From contig CM097885.1 in NCBI GenBank assembly GCA_044892525.1, positions 20,028,001 to 20,092,000 of the forward strand: DNA of 64,000 nucleotides, given 5' to 3'. The DNA is from Schmidtea polychroa. Taxonomy: Eukaryota. Below are positions 1 to 11,200 of the stretch, piece after piece. Below the pieces are notes generated by a model. That model was not told the DNA's origin. It made no database searches and saw nothing but the letters and a program-made list of their open reading frames with translations. The position numbers and the translations under genes were made by a program. Numbering within the stretch: the stretch's first letter is position 1; the number at the start of each line of letters is the position of its first letter.

Positions 1-3000
1 ACTTCTCCACTAGAGGGTTACATTGTATTTTCCATTGTTCCAGAGGGCTACGCTATATTTTTTCAGATTTAAATTATAGTGAGGAGTTCTCTTTGGACCA
101 TTAGAATTTCTGTATACAAAATCGGACTGTCTCTCAAAAAGTCAAAGTTTTTTAAGGGATTCAGATTTTTGAAGAATTTATGGTCAAATATTTACATGAA
201 TCGATGACAAAGTTAAATTTTGGTAATAATTTCAAATTAAGTAAATTAAGGCAATATTTTAAAAATCAGTAATAGATTTTTAATAAAGTAATATTTTTAA
301 ATTAAAGCAAATTAATGTAATACTTCAAAATAAGTAAATTAAAATAATAATTTAAAATTTATTGTCAGATATTTTCAAAAAACCAATGGCCCCTGCGAAT
401 TTTTATGAAGGAAAGAAATTTAAATGCAAATTTTTATGAATTAATTTTCAAAATGATATTTTTAAAGCAAAGTTTTATGAAAAAATTTTTTTTGAATAAT
501 AATAATAATAATAGTATTAATTCAACATACAGATACCAAGTACTTACAATTAGATACTAACAAACACATGAAAAATAACAATTAAAGACAAAATAAAGAT
601 AAAAAGTTTATTCAATAAAAGTATTCATCATCATCTGATAGCAAGACGTTGTCTATGTCTAAAAGATCGTTTTCTCTGACATCCTTTTCCAAGTTTTCAT
701 TAATATTATTTAACCTTATATTTCCATATGCACAACTATTACTTTTACCCACCGAAACCTTTTTATCATCCTTATTAGTTAACGGTATTTAAAAATTTTT
801 GAAACTATTGTACCAATACGAAATTGTGGTATAGAAAAAATCGCATTTTTATTGAAACAATCCTTATAAGATTTAAGGTTCAGCTTAGTATCTTAAAAAA
901 TCCCTTTAGCTTTTATATAATTTGATTTACCTAACAATTTATAAATCTTAAGAATACTCACTCATCATATCTTTCACCCATACTCTCATCTTTAAATTTG
1001 CCTGTAACAAAATCAAGTTTTTTAGAATAAAGAGGGTGATCAGTAGGATAATTAGAAGTGTCCAAAAGTTCATCTTTAACCATTTCTGACAAAAGTTTTC
1101 TAATTTCTAATTAGATATTTCTAAAAAGATAGTCTGATATACCATGAACTTCATATCTTCTACTAAACATCTCTATAATAAATGATTCTTATCATTTTTT
1201 GATATTATTCTAATTAAAAACAAAAAGTAATAAAATAATTAATTTAAAATGGAATTAAGATATGATGCACTATATCAAATTTTAGAACCCAATGAAAGTG
1301 GAAAAACGTTATTCATTACGTTATTTTTTACGACCAAACATGTTTAAATCAAATTCAATAAAATTTATTGGCATATAGGTGCAGATGAATAGCACGATTA
1401 AACTCAAAGCAGTTTCTGTAAATTATAAATGACAATAATTAAATGATTTTATAAAAATTGGTCATCTAGATTACGTCAAGGTGATGTTATTATTATTGAT
1501 GATTTATATCAGGAAGCAAATAAAGAAAAATATTTTAATAATTTATTTACAAGAATTAGTAGACATTGTGCAGTTAGTTATTTTCATAACGAATCCTTTT
1601 CATCAAGCAAAACTCATAAAACTCCTAATTTAAATGTACAATATTTGATTATTTTCAAAAATCCTCGAGATTGAACAATTATTGATTTTCTTGTAAGACA
1701 AGCTTATCCTAATAATAGAAATTTTTTAATAGAATCATTCCAAGATGCAACAAAGTTTGATATGGATATTTATTCTTCCACTTTACACAACAATGTCCTG
1801 ATGATATGCCTATTAGAACAGATATTTTTAATGCAAATGATGTTAATGCTTAATTAAAATCAGCAAATGGTAAAGTCATTTAAAAAAGTAATTGTTAAAA
1901 ACTATCGTTCCAATTGTTTCCAAAAAAGTTATTAAGAAAACAAAACGCAGTATGATAAGTAAGAAACCAACTAAGAAATGGATGAAATTATCAACATTCT
2001 ATCCAAATAAATGATAGTAATAACGAAATGTAGGATTTTTTTTATAATAACATTAATTTGTTTAAATCTATGGCCAGACCTCAGCCAAATTTATTTTTTA
2101 CAAGATTTTATTTAAAAAGAAAACTTAAATATATACAAAATAACAACATTAGATAAAATCAACAAAAATTTATTCATTTACATTTTTTATTTTCCATATG
2201 TTTGTAATTTGTATTTTATAGTTTTTACCATCAACTTACATTCTTTTTCAAAATTGATAAATGTAAACGTTTAATTAAAATATATATCTTTATTGATCAA
2301 ACGAAGAATTTGGCCAAATTTTTTTCTGTCTTCGTCTCAAATATTTCCAATTTGCATATTGTATTGATAAGATTTTAAATTAACTAATTCCTATCAAAAA
2401 CAATTCATTAATTAATTAAATAATAATATAACTTTAAATGTATAAGTAACATGATATTTTAAGTAGTTCATACTATATTGAAGGTATGGAACCGGTGACT
2501 TACAAGACACCCCTTTTCATGACATTACATATCAATAACAGAATCGTGTTTATTCTAAAATATTCCCTTTCCGATTTTTAATTCAAATTAAATTTTTAAT
2601 TACAGTAATTAATCAATTTAGATTGGTTACATGCTAATTTATTCATATTTAATTTTTTAAATAAATTTTGACCCTAAGTATTGTTCTTCAAAAACACATA
2701 ATAATAACTGTTATTTTATAATGGAAGCTTAATACAGTAAAAAATTTTATAATATTATTTACAATATATGGCCTTTATGAACAAGTACCCAAAATCTCTC
2801 ATATTGCGATTTTTATAATGATCACAAGGATCATTTGTGTCGATTTTTATTAAAGAATAATGTATTATTTAAACGACCATTTCCGTTGAAATATTTATTA
2901 ATAATAATATTAAAAAAATTAAACTACACGCCCATATGTATACTTATATGTATGCCAATAAACGAACATATTAGTTATAGTAGTTTTTGAGAGAATTAAA

Positions 3001-3661
3001 TTACAAAATTATCGAAATGCCAATGAAATTAAATATTATTAGGAAATTTGAAGCTAAGAATCCTGGATTAATAATAAATGTATTTAGTTATGTCCGAACA
3101 AACGAGATAACAAATAACGACAATGTTTTGAAACATCATCACATTGATATAATACACACGTCAAAAGTAATAGAAGGAAAAATTATTAATTTATTATTGC
3201 TGAAAAATGGGCATCAACATCATTATCTAGCAAAATCAAATCTAAATAGGTTAATGAACTGCCTAAAGACAGTACTTGCAATAATAATAGGATTCAATTT
3301 TTATAGTGAAAACGATCTTTAAATTATTTTCGAAAAAAAATTGCATTGGAAAAACATGAAAATCTGTGTAAAAGGAATCAGCTAGGAACAACCCTATACA
3401 CTTTCACAGAAAATAAATTCCTAAAGTTTACCGACTGGTCCAAAACTGTTACTCCACCGTTTGTTAATACGGATTTTGAATCAATTTTTACCTAAAGATA
3501 ACGTACATCACCAAATTCATTTACCTATTTCGGCAGGATTATTATTAATAAAAAATTTCGAAGGTTCAAAATCTTACGAACAATTTATAGGTTTAGATTG
3601 TGTAGAAAAGTTTTTAAAGGCTGTAGAAGATATAGATTTACTTAAAACGAGAATCAGCTGA
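1..3661. mobile_element. Decayed Polinton/Maverick element
   Basis: 1250-1850 (+): packaging ATPase remnant (ILEPNESGKT Walker A, VIIIDDL Walker B, LFTRISRH, IIFKNPRD). 2987-3660 (+): protein-primed PolB N-terminal/exonuclease remnant (KFEAKN..INVF, INLLL..HY, VNTDFESI). About 640-1200 (-): PolB C-terminal-like (DTSNYPTDHPLYS, GKFKDE, KAKG). Many stops and frameshifts. Confidence 0.8.
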
Positions 3662-4399
3662 ATAGAAATTTCAAGGTGAATCTGGTTCCAAAAATTCATG
3701 ATGCTGAGCCTTTTCTGAGATCAGACGGGTGATTTATTAGCTGATTTTGCTGGAAAAGTTGTTCAAAGACCAGCTGTGGCTCATGAGCCGTAAGTTGGAC
3801 ACTACTGGTATAGAAGGAAACTAAAATATGATCATGTATATAATTAGGTTGTTCTAAAAGTAATGCAGCTTTCATTTAATTTGACATAAATAAATAAAAC
3901 TACGCAAACATTTAAGTTAATTCATTGAAACACAGTCCAAAATGTTCAACGCATTTTCTTTATAACGCGACAGTTATGTTTATCCTACTTGTACCTACAA
4001 TTTCCATCCCTTAAAATAATTTCAAATTCTCTTAAAAGTTCTAAAAATTTTAAATTATAATATATGCATTCTTTAAAACTACACTCTTTCTAAACTTAAA
4101 ATATACTTTAAAGTTTCTTAAAACTATATATACTGCGGCCTCGAGTTATATTATTTCCAGTTTCATCGCAAGATTTTTTTGATACTATAATTTTGAGTTG
4201 CGTAAATAATTTTAGAAATGCGTCGAAAAAAAGTTAAAATAAAATTAAATTAAAAAATAGCATAAGTATTATATTTGACAAATTAAATTGAAAGCAAAAT
4301 TACCAAACTATAATTTTTTAAACATAAAGTATGCAATAGAGTTGAATCAGCAATATTGTATACTTACCTGGCGCAAAGAGAAATCTTCGCGTCTCCTGT

Positions 4400-4441
4400 A
4401 TAGTACTGATGAGAGCCAAAAGCTCGAAACTAGTCTACTAT
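4400..4441 (+). ncRNA. Type I hammerhead ribozyme with minimal palindromic helix III
   Basis: ATAGTA-CTGATGA-GAGC(CAAAA)GCTC-GAAA-C(TA)G-TC-TACTAT. All core nucleotides are canonical. Helix I is 4400-4405/4436-4441, helix II is 4413-4416/4422-4425, and cleavage is predicted after C4435. Confidence 0.85.
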
Positions 4442-5224
4442 TGAGATTTGCATTGGGTATCATAAAACTTGTAATGTTTATATTATTTTAATGTTAGACA
4501 TCCGTAAAAAAAATATAATAGCTTTAAGTAAATAATTAATTAATATATTATTGATTGTTGTTAAATTAAATAATTATTAAATTACTAACTAAAAACCGTC
4601 AAAAATGATGGAATTTTAAAAGAATTAAAAAAAATTTATGATCCAAATTGGACAAATTATGCATTATTCAATAGAGGAAAGTCGATTTTTAGATAACATT
4701 AAAATAAAAATGCCATGTTGCCGATCAAAATTAAAAGTTTAATTAAACATTATTTCATAATCACTCATTAACATATGTTAATAATAACCAGTTAATAATC
4801 TACAAATATTTATTTTTAATACAAAATACAAAATACAAATTATTGCCTAAATCTGGTATTATTAAAAAACCCGATTTAAATGGCGAATTAATTAATCAAA
4901 TAATAATGCTAATTATGCGTGCCAGCTTTTATACTTACTATACTTTTACTTATAATATAATATATATATATTTTATTTATAAATTAATTATTTAAATATT
5001 CCTAACAACATATAAACATAGATAATTATATATTTAAATCAAATTGGATTATTTTAAATTTCAATATTTTAAAATTTGTTTCTCCCTAATTGCTAGAACT
5101 TAAAAAATGATTTATTATTTAAATTATAATTTTTAAAGAATAGAATATTTTTATCAAAAATATGATATAATTAATATTAATAAATTTATTCATAAAATCT
5201 ATAATTTCTGAAGTTATTCTATCC

Positions 5225-5266
5225 TACATGAAGATGGCAGGAAAACTGTTGAAATATATTGTAAAA
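5225..5266 (+). ncRNA. Decayed Penelope-type minimal hammerhead motif
   Basis: TAC-ATGAAGA-T-GGCAG(GAAAA)CTGTT-GAAA-TATA-TT-GTA. Core C3 is mutated. The flanks match the copies at 5735-5775 and 9880-9960. Confidence 0.55.
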
Positions 5267-5485
5267 CGAATGTTTGAGTGTGGCACTTTCTTTTAATTAA
5301 ATCGTTGCCATCGTCACTATTTATTCAAAAATATTGATCGATAAAATAAATAAATAAAGTAATAAAATCCAAAAAAGATCAAAATAAAAAAGATCAATTT
5401 ATTATTAAAAACAAAATTATTAATAGTAATTGCAATAATAAAATTCATAGAAATGTCAACCTTATCCAAAAGCTTTATAGAAAAA

Positions 5486-8183
5486 TCAATCCAAAATTAG
5501 AAAAGCCGCTCCACCAGAAGGAGTTGTAACAAACATTTCATTTGTAATATCTCTCAGAGGTTTCTTGTAAAAGTTTTCCGATACAAAATTTAAAAATTCC
5601 TCAATTCGATCTTTAGAAACGAGAGATATTACACATCCACCCCATCCGGCCCCGGTAAGTCTAGACCCATAAGCGCCGCCTTTTCTAAACAATATTTTTT
5701 GTTTAGAAATAATATAATTAATATCTGTGTTTAAAAATCTATAATTTCTATAGTTATTCTATCCTGACTGACGACGAAATTTGCCAGAATATAAGACGAG
5801 TCCCATTTTTACAGAAAAAATATGCAACCACATATTTTGTGTCTAATCTTACAGGAAAATGTCCGACAATTAAAGCGTACAAATTTAAGATGATTCTTTT
5901 TCTAAGAATAAACCTTCGTCCTATATTCAGGCCAATGTGGTATTTAACCTTTTCGCGTCAAAAACCGTATATCATACAAAAATATTTAACAAACAACATC
6001 ATCCCAAATAATAAATATACAATGTTAAATTTTTTAAATACCATCAAAATCCTTGAAAATGGGAATTTTTAATTATGGGATTTAAAAATCTAATTAAAAA
6101 CGCCTTGAACATTATTTCCGCCAAAACCTTAAAATCAGAAATAATTATTTTTTACTGGTACACTTCCTAAAATGATAACTTAAAATGGTATTTATTATTT
6201 AGGATGATGTTAATGTTAAATTTCTTTGTATGAAAACAAAGTTTTTAAAATATTTTTAATATTAATATTGTTGGGTATTTTGCGTAAGTCGGTATTACTG
6301 TCTGACTCCTTTGTGTTCTTTTCAAAATAAATAAACGACCCAACACAAAATCTTTATTTAAGACCGATATAGTTACACTTTTTATTAGTTCAACCACACT
6401 TGATACAACCCTTTTTGGTCTGCACTTTTCAATAGACTATCAATCTCACACAGGGATAAATCTTCCAACGGGAGATGTCCCTTTCTGGTACGTTCAATTT
6501 AAATTATTTATTTGTTACTAACTTTAACGTTTTCTGATCGCTCTCAGTGAACTTCTTGTTTTCTTTTTCTTCGACGAACTGGCAATTTTGTTTTCTTGCC
6601 AGTTGCTTTTATACTCACTTGGTAATTAATTTTATTTTGACAAATTAGTCTGGATCTAACTTTCCCCCGGGCTTCCCTTGTAGCACTAATTCGCTTTAAG
6701 GAAATTGCCCTTTCCCTTTGCCGGCTCGCTCCAATTTAATTTTATTCGGCTAATTTAATTGCCTTCCGAAAATTGAATTGCTAATTCAGGTTCTTTCAAG
6801 TCGCTCGGGTTTCCCATTAGTTCGGGTTCTCCATTAGCTCGGGTTCTCCATTAGTTAATTAATTTTTGTTTTTTGCAATTTATTCCTTATAGGACCCCCC
6901 CATTGATTTTATTTTATTATAGTTGAACTCGTCTCATTATTTAGCATCCGCCCATACCAGTTTTTCCCGAAAAATATTCATTTTAAATTTCTTTGATTTT
7001 TAATTAATATTTTGTACTTTAAATTTTTATTGTGAATTTGGTGTTTTTATTGATTTTTCACTTCATTTTTTTGTGCTTCTCCCCAACAATATTAAAAATT
7101 CGTATTTATTATGAATTTCATTGTATTTATATATAAGATTTATTAAGTTGTCAATTAAATACATTTTTGAAGCTATTATAAAATGTTTTCTATTAAAAAT
7201 AATTTCGGGAAATTAATTTTCTCTTTGTTCCGTGACTTCGATATTTTTTAAAAATATATTTTATGGTATTTAAAAATATTTAACTTTGAAATTTTAAGTT
7301 GGAAATTTTTAAATAAATTATAATTTACTATTCATGGAAAGGTGGAATGTGATAAAATGCTAGAAAACTTTCAAATTGCATATTTTTAAAATAAAAAAAT
7401 CCTGAAAAAAATGATTGCAACATTTGTCCGCCTGTATTTTTTTATTATAGAATTTTTGAGTATAGTGTATGTGTTTATAATTCTCATCAAAACTTGTTCT
7501 GTCTTTATATGGTAAATGCACATAATTTACTCCTCTCCATAATTTAAACTCTTTTTCTCCCTTTCTTATAGTAAATGCCCATAATTTAATCCGATGCCCT
7601 TAATATTTGTCTTAATTTCAAGTGTGTTTATTATTTCTATATAAATTAAATATAGAAATACCTTAATTTATGGCTAAACGTACCGTAATTTATGGACAGG
7701 TTTGTTTACAAAACGAATAGATGAGTCATAATTTGTCAGCAATTATTTTTTTTCAAATTATAATTTTTGAAAATTAAAGATTATTTTGAAATTTTCACAA
7801 TTTAAAGTAAGTTTTAATAATTTTTAACTTAAATCTGACGTTTTTATATCATTCATCACATATTTTCATTTTATTTATGCACTTAAAGAAAAATAGCGAA
7901 TATGCAGAAAATAATGTTATATTTTTACATTGATTTTCTAAAGATTCTCTTTTCAAATTTGTAAATTATACAGTTTGGTATTCATAATAAACGTTAAAAA
8001 TGAGATTCGCTTTTATTTAATTTTTTCCTTTGTCACTTTCTTAATTTCTATATAAATTATGTTAATTCATGAAACATTAAAATTCAACACACAAGAAAGC
8101 CTGTATTTTTCTATAATATAAATTTATTGATTTTTTTAAATATTATAGATGCAAAATACAAACTCTGCACAAACAATCCCAGG

Positions 8184-8257
<74 letters not shown>

Positions 8258-11200
8258 TTTTCTTTAACTTATTCATTATTAAACTTCTTGCGCGAAACTA
8301 CTTTACACGATTCTAAAATATTTGTAATTCTATAACTTCAACAATAGTTATTTTTTTAGTTTACTGCAATGTTTTATTAATTTAATAATCAATTTCATAA
8401 ATTTAATAATCAATTTCATAATTTAATGTTCAAACAAATAATTTAATAATTTCAAAGTGATTATATTTAAAATAATTACTGATATATTCGACTTACCGTT
8501 ATTTTTTTTCAGTTAAATAAATGGTTTAATAATTTTGTAGTTAGCTTTATATTTCTGAAATAAATATATTAAATATAAAACTCAAAAATAAGGGGATAAA
8601 TTTATTTATTCAGACCTTTCACGATTGTTTACTAGTAAAGTGGGTCAGGAAAAATTCACATGTTTTAGTCGGTCTCGATTTAAGAAAGTTTGGGAATCAT
8701 GGCGGAGCTATTGTAACTAGATTATTTTAACTCGATCCTTTATGAAGGGTTACAAAATTAATATTAATATTAAAGTACATCCTTTTAAATAGCATTTATC
8801 GACCATACTTGCAATTTTAAAATTTATCTCATATCAAACCTGCAAATTTCCACTAATTCATCCAATTTATCAGAGCTGCATTCATACAAAACTTTCAATG
8901 AATTTTGACTTTGATTCATTAGTTCGCCAAGTTGTCTCAATTGATGGATATCTCCCGACTCGTTTAAACATATATCTTGAAATTGCTCAACTCGACTTGC
9001 TTCATTAACGATATGCAAAGCTCTTTTCTTTATATTGAATTCCATCACTAATTTGCTTTGTAAATATATACAACTTGAAATATAAACTGACTGTTCATTG
9101 TATTTTGAGACAAAACCTCTTGAGAAAATTCCTCGTCAGACAATTCGAGTAATTCCAAAATATCACGGCGAGAATATTTCTCCTTAATAAGCTCATTAAT
9201 TTTTACTACCATTTTCTCGAAATCAAGCGTTAAAAATTGTTGTACATCTTTCATTCGACGGAAATTTTTAACTTGTGCTTTGCAATTAATTAATTTCAAT
9301 AAAATCTGGAAATTATTTTTTTTCCAAATTAAAAATAAAATTGATTGGAAATTTCTCTAACTTTTGCCGATAATCTTGATTCAACAACTCTTTGATTAAA
9401 TTGATTAGAAGCTGCCTTATTCATCTGTTGGAGGGAATTTAACACGACAAATACGGCATCATTTGGCAGGGCGACACATTTATTTTTGATTTCATTTGAG
9501 CCAAAATCTATAATCATTGCCTACAAATTTCCGTTAACAAGTTGAAAAAAATATTTCTATTTTCCAAAAAAATTAATTTCAAATAATTTCAAAACATTTT
9601 TGAGAAATTAAATATTTTTCAAATATATAAAATTATAAAAAATTTTGATTTTCATCTCTGATCTCTTTTCAATTGACATTGTATTTATTAAAAAAAATTG
9701 ACTATGAATTAGAAATTATATCGATGTTTTTTGATATCAATTTGTTTAATAAATATAATATTAAAAATTAATTTAGAAATTTTTAAATACATTTATTAAA
9801 AATAGTATAAATTGAAAAATAAATGATTATTAAATAAAAATATATTTTAAAATTAATAAAAATTGTTTCTAAATCTAATATCTATAATTTTTTCTATTTT
9901 ACTCGATTACGGCATGAAAACTGTCGAAATATATCGTAAAAAGGATGTTTGGGTGGTGGTTTTTATAATTAAATATTATACTTTTCATATAAAAAAAAAT
10001 GGTCCTAAATATCAGTTATTGTTATTATAATATAATGCTAATAAACAGTTTAAAGTTGATTTCGGATCCATGATCAATATTAGTGGGCTGTAAAAGAAAA
10101 ATTGGTATGTCTGATTTTAGAATCTTATTAAAAAATTTCAATGATTATTGGGAATGTGTATTTGTCTAGCTTTACTGATAAAGTAATTATTATAATCTGT
10201 GTTTAAATTAAAGTTTATATTATCTATATTTCGCACATTATTTTTAATTTGTTAAAATTTATTTTTTTGTTGGTTTTTGGCTCGCGAAATATTTTAGGTT
10301 GTCAATGAGTTCCGTGCTGTGATTAGTGTAGTGAGCCGCTTGACGGCCTTATTGAAATCTATATGAGTCTTTTATGAAGAAAGACTTTCTGAAACAATAT
10401 TTTCAATCAACTCTAAAATTCAGTTTCAATAAAAATCAAGAAAATTCTTTCCATTGAATTCTAACATAAATAAATACTTTCAAATTCGATTTCAATTTAT
10501 TTCAATTGAAAATTTCTTTGTGGTAAATGCCATTAATAATTTTTGTGTTTGTGTGTGCATCTTTAGTTCGCGAGTTTTTATTATTCACTTTTATATTGAA
10601 ATTGTTCCTGGTTGTTTTACTACTTGTATTATGATTTTTGGTTATTTCGATTTTTAAAATAAATTACATTGGAACTTATTAATTCAAAAACCCGGAGTTC
10701 ATGTCAATAATTTAATTTCGATGGTTCGCACATATTACGATATTTTTCTCTCTAATAAAGATTCAGTTGATCAAATTATGGCCACCACAGCAGGTTTACA
10801 TTATAAAGTAATACTTTTAAATTAGACATATTAAAACAATTCCCAAAGATGAACTGATAACGTAAAATAAAAAACAAACAAATCAAAATTTGTAAATATT
10901 GATTACACTAATAATCAAATAATCACAAAATCAACATTTCAGGCTTGTTAGAAAAGATTAAATAAAATCAGCTGTTACACCGAGTGCATTAATCAATGTC
11001 ACATTATGCAATTTCAAATATTTCTAGCAAGGATTTGAAATTATTGATATTTGCTGATATAAACAAGGAATTGGAAACCACTAGAAATTTGCATTGTATA
11101 ACGAATTTTCATTTACTAGCGCGTTACTGGACCCTTATTGACCAAGCACACAGTCATATTATTAAGTTATTAAGAATATATGCAATATTACAATCAAATT

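Noticed and set aside
4288..4491. 67-aa ORF over the hammerhead
   Set aside because: TTG start with no recognisable motif. The RNA structure explains the sequence better.
4360..4520. Full U1 snRNA gene
   Set aside because: Only the first 12 or so nucleotides match. There is no 70K loop, U1A loop or Sm site with terminal stem.
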